63,631 nt of DNA, filler included, from Lenisia limosa (GCA_001655205.1; 17 parts of 17 records of this genome joined end to end with filler, not necessarily neighbours in it), one strand, 5' to 3'; numbered from the whole stretch's first letter, positions 12,601 to 25,425 are shown. Numbers and translations: made by a program. Notes: generated from the sequence alone by a model not told the origin.

Positions 12601-12904
12601 GACTGATGTGAGCAAGTGCATTTGTGAAATAGAATACCGGGATAGCATACACAAAAAGTAATACACAGGGAAACAACACCGGCTCTCTGACCCCCCCCCC
12701 CCGCTATTTAGATCGGGGCANNNNNNNNNNNNNNNNNNNNNNNNNNNNNNNNNNNNNNNNNNNNTTAATTAATTAANNNNNNNNNNNNNNNNNNNNNNNN
12801 NNNNNNNNNNNNNNNNNNNNGCAAGAAGATATGTATTGTTTAATATCATACTATATTTGCTCTCGAATGAAATAGCATAGCCGAAAATACCAATGAAACC
12901 TTTC

Positions 12905-14075
12905 TAACCTGGGGGTACAGCGACGATGTCAAAGTTCAAAACAAACTCAGCTTCCCCAAGGATAAATACCACGTCAATAACACCTAAAAAAAGTAAGTAA
13001 AATACTAAAAAAAATAAAACAATAATTACGTTTATGGTAACCTCAGGTTACATTTTCTGTGTTTCATGTCAATGATAAAAGGTTGCAGAGGAATGCAACA
13101 ATTACCCTCCCCCCCCNNNNNNNNNNNNNNNNNNNNNNNNNNNNNNNNNNNNNNNNNNNNNNNNNNNNNNNNNNNNNNNNNNNNNNNNNNNNNNNNNNNN
13201 NNNNNNNNNNNNNNNNNNNNNNNNNNNNNNNNNNNNNNNNNNNGGAAAGAATAATTGGGTAAATAGGAAGTATCATATTAATTTACCCAATCAAATGCCT
13301 AACAACTAAGGCTTCAGTTCGAAAAAAACCGGGAAATATCGATAGTTTTCGAGGCATATCGAATTTTCGGTCTTTTTTTTTAAACCGAAGTGAAGCCCTA
13401 TTAACAACTCTGTGCATCAGAAGGGACAAAGGAGGAAAAGAAAGATGAAAAAAAGAAAAAAAACAAAGAAGAAAACAAGAAGAAAACAAAGAAGAAAAGC
13501 CACACAGACCAGGGGTGTACTCAGGCCATTAAACGCGGTGACAGAAATGTTGTGCGATCCGACGGTTAGCTCAGCGGTTCCGTCGGTTAGCTGAAGGGAT
13601 GATGTCACACATGCGGAAGCGGAGTTGGCTGGGTCCGGATCATGTGGACAGAGATCGCAACTTTCCAGGATTCCATCAGAATCATCATCGTGCCCTGGGG
13701 GGGGGGGGGGNNNNNNNNNNNNNNNNNNNNNNNNNNNNNNNNNNNNNNNNNNNNNNNNNNNNNNNNNNNNNNNNNNNNNNNNNNNNNNNNNNNNNNNNNN
13801 NNACCAGAGCAGCAAGAAGTTGAAAATGCCTCCGAACAGGCACCTGGGTAAGTTCGGGGGTACACCAGGGAGTCGGCGTGCATGCACGTGTCAGTTACGC
13901 TACAATAAGCGCAACTTGGCGAGTTGACGCAATCACTGCAGCTCAAATTGGCGCAAATTGGAGGGTGAACAGTCACGGCGCTGCCACTGTTGGTGGCAAA
14001 GGAGGGAACGGGGCCGTAGAAGTCGCAGTTGTCTAATATGGTAAGTGTTCCAAGGTAATATGGGACATGTGTCAA
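12905..14075 (-). CDS. Surface protein fragment with PSI (plexin-type) and thrombospondin type-3-like repeats
   Basis: CANLSCSDCVNSPSCAYCSVTDTC (PSI consensus C..C....C.WC....C), then exon GHDDDSDGILESCDLCPHDPDP (TSP3-like D.DGI...CD.CP). Confidence 0.65.
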
Positions 14076-14444
14076 GAGGAAGTTTCCCGAGATGGTAAGT
14101 TTGCTGATTATATACGAAATATCCTCGCAGTGTCCAAAATTGTTGATTACTTGGGGTTTTATTCAACCGCCTGCCCCCCCACTCCCAACCCAAAAAACAG
14201 TAATATAAAACCCAACTATTATGTAATCTCCCATCCTCCTCACCCCTCCAAAAAAAAAACACCTAGGACAATAGANNNNNNNNNNNNNNNNNNNNNNNNN
14301 NNNNNNNNNNNNNNNNNNNTTAATTAATTAANNNNNNNNNNNNNNNNNNNNNNNNNNNNNNNNNNNNNNNNNNNNGGAGAACCGGTAGATGGAATCGTAG
14401 TCTAAAAGAGTTAGTTTTAAAGACACGCAACAACAATAATTACG

Positions 14445-14615
14445 CCAAACAAATGAGCTGTAACCGAAATAACCCCAAGCAAATGAGCTACAACCGAAAT
14501 AAACCCAAGCAAATGAGCTACAACCGTTATAACCCCAAGCAAATGATCTGCAGCCGTAATAACCCCAAGTAAATGAGCTGCAGCCGTAATAACCCCAAGC
14601 AAACGAGCTACAACT
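14445..14615 (+). repeat. 30-bp minisatellite (~5.5 copies)
   Basis: aaccccaagcaaatgagctacaaccgtaat repeated with substitutions. Confidence 0.9.
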
Positions 14616-15988
14616 GTGGAAACTACACATAATGACGCAATAGGTGGAGGTATGTAAAGGTAATACTAGCAAAACAGTAGTAGTATGAACTTGAATTGTG
14701 GGTGAAGAGGCGCGCAAAAAGAAGTATCCGGTGAATGCGTTTTATATGTGCCCTATATGCATTTGTAATGGTAAGATGTACATGAAAACGGGCAGTCTGG
14801 AGAGAGAAGAATTGAGGAGGACAAGATTCCTGAAAGAGTCCCATAAATATGAAGGTCTGACGCCGCTTACAAGAGTTTTTAAAGCAAACTAAAGTGTTTT
14901 TATACCGGAATAGAACGGAACTCTTGAGGGGGTGAACCAAAGTGCGTTGATCTCGAGACTGTGATGGTGAATTGCCTACCGCTTACCGAATTTACAATAA
15001 TAAATACACTGACTAACTAAAACCGATGATAGAGACTTTGAAACCGTAAACGATAACATTCTGCACGAGACCATAATTGTATAGTATTTTACCCTTACGG
15101 CATCACTCCGTGGCGTGCCAACCCAAAGCTTTTTAAATTTTTCTGATTCTGCCGCAATGCGATCTTGGTTTGATCTTGCTCCAATCTGCACCGATCTTGC
15201 CACGATCTTGGTCAATCTCGGTTCCAATCTAGAATTAGATCGTCGTGCACAATAATATCGTCACTTTATCAAGATCCGCGGCCCTGACACCGTTCTGGGG
15301 GCTATATTATGTCAGGTATGAGTAGTTTATACAATATGATATATACATGTATGCCCGTGCGCCAAAACCCCGTTGTTTTTGGGATATCCCGTCACTTTTG
15401 AAAAAACGGCGTCAAAAGACTTCAAGAATCCAATATTTTACTATTCTAACCAGCAGAAAGTAACAATTAGTAAAATTAAAAAAATTATTTTAAAAAATTA
15501 TTCGGAAGTTTCGGAAGTTTAGTTCACCCCCTTTTCACGTGTTTTTTTATTTTGACCCCCTCTTTTTAAGCTACCAAGTTGAATATTGTATAACATTTTT
15601 TTTAACAGAATCAAGAAGAAGACATCCAAATCAGTTGTTTGCCACCTTTTTTTGAATATCAAATGACATCTAGGTCCTCGGATATATGTTACAAAGTTGG
15701 CATTGTTGGTCCGCTGAAACATGATCAGTAAAAGTTTGAGGGTATATGAAGGACTATTTGGGACATTAGCGGTTCTCTTCAAAAGATTTACTGTATGAAG
15801 TCTCAATTTGTTTTCCAATTGTATTTCATCTTATGATATATATATAGCGGAAACCGTGGACATAAAACCGTGGANNNNNNNNNNNNNNNNNNNNNNNNNN
15901 NNNNNNNNNNNNNNNNNNTTAATTAATTAANNNNNNNNNNNNNNNNNNNNNNNNNNNNNNNNNNNNNNNNNNNNCCCCCCCCCCCCCA

Positions 15989-16112
15989 GAAGGTGACACC
16001 AAGCCCCCCGAAGCGCCCTGAGTACCCGGACCCTCCAGGTGGTTTACCCCGGGCCGGGGAGGCTCTCATGGAGGTCGCTAATGAGGTCAAAAACAACCAA
16101 GTGGGAATGAGA
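15989..16112 (+). CDS. Exon fragment of an unknown Pro-rich protein
   Basis: cccccccag|KVTPSPPKRPEYPDPPGGLPRAGEALMEVANEVKNNQ|gtggga. Confidence 0.4.
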
Positions 16113-16511
16113 TCATATAACGCTTTCCTATAAGTCACGCTCATCCACCATTCATCTAATTCCTCCCCTGGGTGGAGGGCGCCAAGGAGCGTGGGTACGG
16201 AAATATGATAAGTTGTTTAATATGTATTTATTTTTAGATTTCTAATGTATATTTTTTCTCTTGTTCAACCCCCCCCCCCCCANNNNNNNNNNNNNNNNNN
16301 NNNNNNNNNNNNNNNNNNNNNNNNNNNNNNNNNNNNNNNNNNNNNNNNNNNNNNNNNNNNNNNNNNNNNNNNNNNNNNNNNNNNNNNNNNNNNNNNNNNN
16401 NNNNNNNNNNNNNNNNNNNNNNNNNNNNNNNNNNNNNNNNNNNNNNNNNNNNNNNNNNNNNNNNNNNNNNNNNNNAGTATGGTGTGATATAAGCCTCTTC
16501 TTCATAATAAC

Positions 16512-16732
16512 GCCTCCAAGCAACTGAAACAAGAGCACCAAGAACACAGGCAACTGAAACAAGAGCACCAAGAACACAAGCAACTGAAACAAGAGCACCA
16601 AGAACACAGTCAACTGAAACAAGAGCACCAAAAACACAAGCAACTGAACAAGAGCACCAAGAACACAAGTAACCGAAACAAGAGCACCAAGACCACAAGC
16701 AACTGAAACAAGAGCACCAAAGAACACGTTTG
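16512..16732 (+). repeat. 30-bp minisatellite (~7 copies)
   Basis: gcaactgaaacaagagcaccaagaacacaa repeated; one copy has a 1-nt deletion. Confidence 0.9.
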
Positions 16733-16879
16733 TCAATCTTGCTGTAATATATCATCCCTATGTTGGTCATTTTTTGGCCCAGTTTTTACCCAACATGATA
16801 GAAACGGATCGTTTCTACATGGTGAGGGGTTGTACCAGGGGTAGAGTCGCAATTTACACTAATTTGAAAGGACAAAAAG

Positions 16880-18363
16880 TGTATTTAAAAGCACCACGAA
16901 TTTTGAAAGGACAAAAAAAGTATTTATCGAAAAAACATTCAGTAAAATAAAGAAGAAAAAAAGATACATAAGACAGCGGTGGCGACGGACTGGGGGGAGG
17001 GTGATCTCTTCTGCAGCAGGGCGGTGGGTGATCTGGGCAGCGGTTGAACAGACTACAGCGAGGCGGCGGGGTGATCTCTTCTGTGGTGGCGCGGCGAATG
17101 ATCTGGGCACTTGGAGTGCAAACCGTTTTATGGGTTTCACCTATCACATAATAAGGGGATTATATTCATTTGTTGTAAATCGAATAGGTGGAGGTATGAG
17201 GGAAAGAAGGGGTAAAGTTGGTAGGGTGGTTAGGGGTGAGGTTGGAAGACGAAGGTGCCAAGGATGGGGAGAGTATGATGATGGTCCGGCCGATGGAGGT
17301 GAGGGCTCAGGGACGAAGGTGACGACGGTATCCATGGTGACGGACGGGCTTTCAGGGACCACAGCTGGTCTATTGGGCGGGCCAGCCCCCTCCTCATGAA
17401 GGTCACAGTGGGTTTGCCAGACCCGGAGCGAGTGGTCAAGAAGGGCATTTGGCAGCTTAGCCAGTGCCTTGGCGTCGAGGAGGGATCTCATGTCCTCATT
17501 GAGGCAAGGGCATATTCCTGCAACCAGCCTCCGGTGGGACTGAAAAGGAGGGCTTTATTCCTGGACGAGGGTCTGGTGGTGGTAGGCGAGAAAGGCCAAC
17601 AGGTATCACTGTATGCCGAAATGGCTCTCTTCTTGGTCTCAGGAGATGGGAACAAGAGCACACCCAAGACCATGTTCTTGATGGTCGGGCCAATTTCCCG
17701 CCTTAGGCTGATCATGGTTGGATGCTGGCAAACGGAGAGCAGGTGGCGGAGGGATTCCTGGTGTGGAGGAGATGGAGCTGGGCACNNNNNNNNNNGAGGG
17801 CAGTGTGAGGAGATGGTGTCCGGGTGGATTGCGGCCACCAACGTCTGGTGGGTAAGGAGCCACTGAGGATCCAGAGGCGCATCTTCTCCAGCTTCCATGT
17901 TGGAGTTCACTTGCTTCCCAGGCCCTTCTTCATGTCAGGGGGTAAGGTGTGGTTGGCATAGCACTTCTCGTTCTTGATTGGGTGTGTGATGTGATCCCTC
18001 ATTAAGCTCAAATGGAGCCGGTGGCTGTGAGCTTCCGCTGTCCTGGAAGCGTGGCCAAGGCAGAAGGCTCTGGTCGTCAGACCTGGGGTATATTTTGGGG
18101 AGACGTCTGGTGATGATGAGTACAGGATGAGGGATCCTTGTGATTCGGTCAGGGGGTGGAGGATGTGAGGTTTCCATACGTCGACACCTTGACCATGTCG
18201 CCTTCTTGGCCAGAATGTCTGCACGGTTGTTGGTAATGGCTTCGGCACTCCTAGAGGTGAATTGGTGAGCTTTGACCCACCGGATGGCGGGGAGGCTGAC
18301 TAGGCGCCAACAAGCTGGGTAATGGCCATGAGGATGGGAAACACCACGATTTTTTAAGGACAA
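16880..18363 (-). mobile_element. 5'-truncated, frameshifted non-LTR retrotransposon (RNase H + CCHC zinc knuckle + 3' UTR)
   Basis: IRWVKAH...NNRADILAKKA (RNase H C-terminal motif), then HCP..CP......ESLRHLLSVC (LINE ORF2 C..C...E...H....C), then a helical tail (LLDHSLRVWQTHC). GC-rich, intron-free, several frameshifts. AATAAA-containing tail near 16920. No RT domain in the window. Confidence 0.75.
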
Positions 18364-18409
18364 TATTTTTTTTTTTGGAACAAGAAGGTAAATGTATCAG
18401 TTAATTTGT

Positions 18410-19100
18410 GTGAGAGAGAGACAATACAAATAATACACATTCTGTACAAGAAAATAAAGAAAATAAAGAAATAACTAGTATAACACAATTTATACATCTT
18501 CGGGTGTGGTGTTGACGACCTGGCGATGTTGACTGTGGGGNNNNNNNNNNNNNNNNNNNNNNNNNNNNNNNNNNNNNNNNNNNNNNNNNNNNNNNNNNNN
18601 NNNNNNNNNNNNNNNNNNNNNNNNNNNNNNNNNNNNNNNNNNNNNNNNNNNNNNNNNNNNNNNNNNNNNNNNAATGGTAGGGAAATATCAATTATGAGGG
18701 TGAACTGTAGATGTTATGAATATTGCGTTACGATCTGTGGATAGAAGGTCTGAGTAGATGTAAGGGGTGCAATTAACGGAGTCATGTGATAGGCTGGGGA
18801 GACCGTTCGTTCGGACTATTTCCGCCGCCAGGTTTCTTCTACGATTGGCCATTAGCCTTGTCCGGAGTGTGACAAGGCCTGGGTGAGGGCATTCAACGGC
18901 GAGGAAAAAAAAATATTTGATAACAAGAATGTAGATGTAACAATTAACTCAGGGAGAGGAATACAAATAATACACATTCTGTTCAAGAAAAGAAAAGAAA
19001 CAAGAAAATAACTAGTACAACAAAATTTTATACAACTTCGGGTGGGACAAAAAAGTGTATTTATTGAAAAAAAACATTCAGTAAAAACCAGGGAATGAAA
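18410..19100 (-). mobile_element. Additional related 3'-tail segments next to the LINE remnant
   Basis: caaataatacacattctgt..ataactagta..ttatac..cttcgggtg occurs at ~18425 and ~18964. ggacaaaaaagtgtattta..gaaaaaaacattcagtaaaa occurs at ~19046 and ~16908. Confidence 0.55.
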
Positions 19101-20032
19101 TAGGTGGTTTAGCTTTCGGCTACGGTCATACTCGGGGTCATCACGCATCTGCGAACGCAAGCCCCGCAGGCCTTGGGTTTTCCTTTTTTCTTTTTCTTTT
19201 TCTTTTGCTCGTTTTTTTTTTTCTTTCTTTTCTTTTCTCACCCCAAGGCATGACGCAGTCCCGACGCGACCGAAGCCCTTACCTCCCACTCCAATACGGC
19301 CGTATGTTCCAAATCAAGTGCGGGGGTTCCTAAATATGATATCGTATTCATATTGCACAATATTAGGCTTCTTTTCTTCTGACACTATTTGGTCATCTTT
19401 TTTTGATTGTTGAAATACGTGATGAACACTTTACACTATATGATAGTTTCTATTCTATATGGAACTGCACCCATGATCAACAAATTCCACGTTGGTAACT
19501 TCTGACCCTTAGAACGGCCTGACCAGTGCGTCCATGGCCTCGAGGGGACTGGCCGATGTGATGTCACGACTGGCGGCTCGAATCTAGATGTTTTGTTCTA
19601 TTTATTTATTTGGTTTACTTTTCGCATTAAGCCCTGTTGGCGTCCAGAAAATTGCAGTCCCATTTCGCGTGTTATGTCATCCAAATTTGGTGAAAGAATA
19701 AAGTATAATGTTGAAATATTGGATACTTCACAGGAGGCTGGTGAAGCAAGGCTGGTGAAACACTTCTTGAAAGAACGAAAGAAATCAATTGTCACCCTAA
19801 ACAGACAAAACAAAAAAATAGACTTGGAAATAAATAGTACAGCCTCGGCCATGAACCACAATGAAAACATCTGAACAGTCAGAAAGCAGAAACAAGTCCG
19901 GTCAAAAAAAGAGCGCGAGAGAAATGGATGAAAACTGTTACTTCTGTTCTCAACAGAATTTTTATCCTCGAGGCTTGTCCTGAGTTTACCGTCTTTTTCC
20001 AATGAGTGAAGCTCAGTGCCACCAACATACCT

Positions 20033-21560
20033 CTAATCATCATCACTGTCAGATAGCACCATGGGGTCTGTAGAAGTGCCTGCTCCACGGATCCCTTCAA
20101 ATGTGTGCTGAAGCTCTCGGTACTGGGGGGGGACGGGGGTAAAATTGGAAAATTTATGAAACAAAAAAAAAAGCCCAAATCAACTNNNNNNNNNNNNNNN
20201 NNNNNNNNNNNNNNNNNNNNNNNNNNNNNNNNNNNNNNNTCTGCCACATCTCACTCCAGCGTAAGTAAAACAAAGGAAGTGCAAATGCCGAATATTGTCT
20301 CCACAAAGTATGAGAGACAGAGGTACTGCCTACATTGATACCATCGTCCTTGTTAACTTGGTTTGCAATGGTATGGGCAACAGCGTCAAAATCGTAGGGC
20401 GCGTCACCGTCATCATCGTCATCATCATATACTACAAGGTGTCAATAGTATGTCTTGATGTCAAGAGTTGACCCGTCATGTTACAACATACAGACGACGA
20501 CACCACATGTGTATATATGATATATAATAGGACACATGATTGTTTATATATGATATTATACAATATGGATGAGAGAAAAATTGGAAATCCATAAATATGG
20601 GCTTAGTGTTAACAAACTTATTCGTCTGTTTTGCTGTTGTGGGGCACCAAAAATTTCTTCGTCGTAAGTACTGAAACGGGTGAGGGTTCTTCATCAAAAA
20701 ATACTTTTTGTCATGATGCTGAGAATGTTATACCAAAAAGAAACCAGCAAAACGCCAAAGAACCCTTCTTCGTTTCCATCATGAGTAGGGGATAGTCCAG
20801 TCAAAATATCGACTATATCAAATAATATCTAAATAATATATCATATAGCTATTACATCCAAAAGACGACTTACATTGGGGGGTTGACTGTAGCAAAATTC
20901 ACATAGTTCTGGCGCTCATTATCTAAGAAATTAGTATATCAATGCAGATGAAATATTATTTATGGTCCAAATACAGGAAGGCAAACGAAAAAAAGTACAC
21001 TTCACATGGGTACACTCCGAGACCCGCCGATACACAGCATCCGGCACAAAGTGCATACACAGCATCCAGCACCCGGGAGTGCATCACACACCGTTTGGTC
21101 TTGGCCGCTTCTCCGGCCGTGTGGGCTGTGTTGTTCTGACTTTCGGTGCTTGGTAGATTGTCTGGGGGGGGGGGGGNNNNNNNNNNNNNNNNNNNNNNNN
21201 NNNNNNNNNNNNNNNNNNNNNNNNNNNNNNNNNNNNNNNNNNNNNNNNNNNNNNNNNNNNNNNNNNNNNNNNNNNNNNNNNNNNNTAAACTCTGTTGGCG
21301 AGAAACGCACGAGGTTTAAAACAAAACAAAGCCCAGCCCCACCCCCAATCAACTTTGTTGGCTCAACATTTGAGTAACACAAGAGGGTTGAAAACAAGAA
21401 AACAACAGAGTCTACTCCAGTCGCTTCTGCACCGTACACCTTATCTCACCATTCCAAAAAAGAGAGAAAGAGGTAAAGCCGAAGGATCCGCGACCAAACA
21501 AAGTAAAAGCAAAAACAAAACAATTTAGAGTGAGCCGCAAACCTGGTGAACTGCCTGTGG
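20033..21560 (-). CDS. Hypothetical protein, 3' exons
   Basis: Exons DNLPSTESQNNTAHTAGEAAKTKR, VYDDDDDDGDAPYDFDAVAHTIANQVNKDDG and terminal cag|YRELQHTFEGIRGAGTSTDPMVLSDSDDD*. Confidence 0.45.
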
Positions 21561-21869
21561 TCTTTGTGAAGGAAGAGTGGGGGTATGTGAGGGAGGAGTA
21601 GTCACGGGGGTATGTGGGGGAGGAGTAGTNNNNNNNNNNNNNNNNNNNNNNNNNNNNNNNNNNNNNNNNNNNNNNNNNNNNNNNNNNNNNNNNNNNNNNN
21701 NNNNNNNNNNNNNNNNNNNNNNNNNNNNNNNNNNNNNNACATTGCCAGTGGTTTCTGAAATGTTATATCATGCAGGAGTCCTAATGAAGATGATTGTTAT
21801 CAGCCTCATATATCACATTAAAAAATTAATAATGTAATTGGAAAACACAAAAAATATCTCGTTCCCTAA

Positions 21870-24800
21870 TGAGTTGAAATTGGAGTGGTTACGTTTTTAA
21901 ACTCAAAGGGATCTATTGTATCAGTAGCAAACATTCTTGAACAGTCACGGAATGAATAACACACTGCTCACCAGTATCATCATCGTAGTGCTTCTCTATA
22001 ATAGCATCTTCAATCTTAGAGGTGAGAAAATAGAAATAAATGTGTAACCATAGAAGGTGGAAGTAAAAACATTTGAGTGAAGCCTAACTAACTATAAAAC
22101 AGATCCATATTTAAGCTTTTAAGGTATGTCTCCGATGCTAACATGGCTTTTTATTCAGCTATATCCTGCTAACATATGGCTTGTATGTCGCATCCGGGTA
22201 GAGCAGGATGTCGTCATATTCTTCATCAACCTAATTGGGAGGGGGGGGGGTTAAAACGAAGGAAATTTCGATGATAAAGGTACTCANNNNNNNNNNNNNN
22301 NNNNNNNNNNNNNNNNNNNNNNNNNNNNNNNNNNNNNNACCAAATATCTAAAAACAAGCAACTCTGAAACTAGATAAAAACCAGATGACAGTCACGATAC
22401 CAGAAGGGAAGGGATGGATAAATACAAACAATATTCTTTAAAAAATATACGAAGGCTATATTGGGCAGAAAACATCATATTTTGGACCAACCTTCACAAT
22501 GATTTCTTGGAGGAAGGTGTCGATGATTAAGTGCTTCAAAGGGGCGGGTTTACTGCAAAGAGGGCACTCCTATAGCAATGAGATAAACGCTTAGTAGACT
22601 ATCTGTTGTTAGTGTGTGTGTTAGGGAGCATTAGCCAAAATAAAATTCAGGATAAGGAACACGACAGTTGCTGCTGACCCATTTTGAGGCCATTTCGTTC
22701 ATAAGCAGGTAGGATTCTAAGTCAAAGCAGCCCGGGTGCGTGCAGTGCCTAGTAGATATGATTAAAAAAAGAAGAGATAATGCGTTGAAAAAGGAGCAGA
22801 TTGAGAATACCAGAAGCTGTCATATTGACGAGGTATGAATCAGCAAAAATGAAACAGTTTGGAAAGCGAAGGATGAAACGCCAACTTTGATCGAGCAGGG
22901 TGCTTCAGGCGGCAGAATGAAATGGGACACAGAAGGTTGCACTTCTTTTGGGTCTCAACAATTTCTGTGTGGATTACACTAATAAAGGACATTGAATCCA
23001 CAGTAATTCGATTGTTTGGTTCATCGAAAGAAAAGGGTCCCCTTTACCATCTTCATCTTCCTCTTCACCATGGACTTCTGCAAATCCTCCAAAACTGTCT
23101 TTCACTGTAGATGTGACAAACTGAGGTCAGATTCTCCACTCCATCCAGTTAAACGATGTATTCATTTTGCACGGAATAGCACATGGAAAAAGCGATGGCA
23201 GCCCATACCAAATTGCTTCGATTGGTGGACGCTCCAACTCTGTCTTTTGAGAATGTTGCTCACAATTTCGTTCTTGTCAGCTCGGTGGTACACAAATACA
23301 CCCGCAACAATAGTTTGTCCGGCTTAATCGTAAATGGCTTGCTTTCTTTTACTGTGTTCAGCATTGTAGAACAATAAGCATGACCATATGAAAGTGACTT
23401 AGTGCAACACAATTCGTAATGAAGAGAAATATTTCCTGTAGAGCAAAATAATTGTCCATCGTACCGCCATTCTCAGAATGTGCATGGAAAACCACCTCAT
23501 TGCTCCCTTTAGTGACACGATCCTGAATCTCAAAGTACTAAAAAGTTAGACAACAAAACAACCATTTACTGAGAGAACAGGAAGTTACAAAAGAGAGATA
23601 GATATTTGCTCAATAATAATAGCAGACTAAAGATATGCAAGAAAATCGGCTTACCTGCCTGAGAGGCACCTTGTAGCGGTTCACTTTACATGAGAGACAA
23701 CCATCCAACTCCAGTTCCTCCCCTCGGTGGTCAAAGAATCGAATCTGAACCGCAACACTCTTGCTGTTGTGGATGTTCCTGAAAAGTAAAACAGGCTCAA
23801 GATTAATTCTATTCACAATAATATTAAGATGTAAATTCATATTATTGTACCAACTTAAAGGACTCGAAATTGAGGTTGAAAGTGAATCTCTCATATTTGT
23901 TGTTGTTATCACCAAAAACATGCATTCCAAGGGGGACTTCTCTTCCGTTTTGCTACCAGTGTTAAAGGAAAAGGATGTGACATTTAGTTGCATGCTTCAT
24001 GATAGTGCAGACATGGACAAAAGGAAAACTGAAAGGAATTGATAGGTTTTAACTATTCCAAACCTTTGTTGAGTCTATGGCCAGAAATAAGGGGTGGGGG
24101 GTGGGCTTGAGCTTGAACCCGACAGGAATCTTCATACAGCTTGGGGGTGTCCTGAGGGGTGTTCTGGATTGTCATGCAACTGAGGTTTCACTTCGACATG
24201 ATAACTCTTCGAAAACTATCGATATTTTATCTGTTTTTTCAGACCAGAGTGTAACCATAGTTACTACAGCTTTTGACCCAATCTCCCCTACTTGAAGGCC
24301 TTTGCAATTTGCAAGAAAGTCTCGTAGTGGCGAAGAAGAATATGCTCTTTCATTGAAGATACACACTCTTGAAGGATCATAACCAGTTCTGCTTTCAGGC
24401 AACGGGAAGCTAGAGGGCGGTGAGACTTGTAAAACTATACATAGATAGCGTAAGGGGTTTTATAACGCTAGTATAGCACAAGAGCACAAGCAATAGAGCC
24501 TACGGATCGAGACACAGAATGACTTCGCAATGAGTCGAAGTTCAGTGACCAGGCAATTGCTGATAGTCTCCTGGTGGTGTTAATGGAAGTAATTCACTGG
24601 TGTATATTTGATGGATGGTAGTGGCGAATACCGAAATAGCATATAATACGATAGTGTTATGCCAAAATCTGAAATGTGAAGATAGAAATTTCTGAACAAA
24701 TTGAATTGATAAAGCGAAGCCTTACTAGTACTGCCTCACAAAACCACCAAACCAACCCCAATGAACTTCCTAATGACGTCAGTGTTACTGAGGTCCTTAG

Positions 24801-25062
24801 GGCAGGAGACAGGAAGATGGACAGGGCCAGACATGATGGGAGGGACGTGAAGATTGAGGCGTGGCATTGCGGGTCGGCTTGGCTGAACCAACAACCGCCG
24901 TCCCTGAAGCGGTTGCACTACTTCGGGTTGGTGCATCGGCCCATTATACCCAGTGTCGTTTTCATAGTAGCCAGGGACAAAAAACTGGTTGGACTGAGGA
25001 TAGGTTGGATGATGACCCAGAAGACTGGGCCGGTTCGGCATTTCGTCCGCTTTGCTGATGGA
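21870..25062 (-). CDS. SIZ/PIAS-family SUMO E3 ligase (SP-RING / zf-MIZ domain)
   Basis: Spliced in frame: KCNLLCPISFCRLKHPARS|KHCTHPGCFDLESYLLMNEMASKW|ECPLCSKPAPLKHLIIDTFLQEIIVK|VDEEYDDILLYPDATYK, which is the SP-RING consensus plus its usual downstream segment. Upstream PINIT-like exon VAVQIRFFDHRGEELELDGCLSCKVNRYKVPLRQ. The 5' end is uncertain. Confidence 0.88.
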
Positions 25063-25425
25063 TTAGATTGATTTACAGAAATGCAACCATAATTAGCGGT
25101 TAGAAAGGGCTAGGGAGGGGGAAACATGAGACAGAAATTCTTGGGAAAATGTTCTATGACAATTCTACCTTCGAATAATTACTTATACTTGAAACACAGA
25201 TATGAACAATGGAGCAAATTCTCACAAACCTATTGAACGGAAAGCTGAAAGATATCCCTGAGCAATATACCTCCTTTTATTCCCTAATTACACTTCTATT
25301 CACTAAATATGAGATAATAAGCTGATAAAAGAAGGCTTTTTTTCTCTGTTCCGGATTTATTCGGCGCCACGGCTACGCGCGTATATAAATTTTTTTGGTG
25401 GTGAAAGCAAATCGTCAAAACTATA

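Noticed and set aside
14445-16732. 30-bp arrays as CRISPR-like repeats
   Set aside because: Units are directly adjacent with no unique spacers, and the context is eukaryotic.
19505-19590. GC-rich hairpin near the retroelement cluster as a possible HDV-like ribozyme
   Set aside because: A simple stem can be drawn, but I could not place the nested double pseudoknot or the catalytic C.
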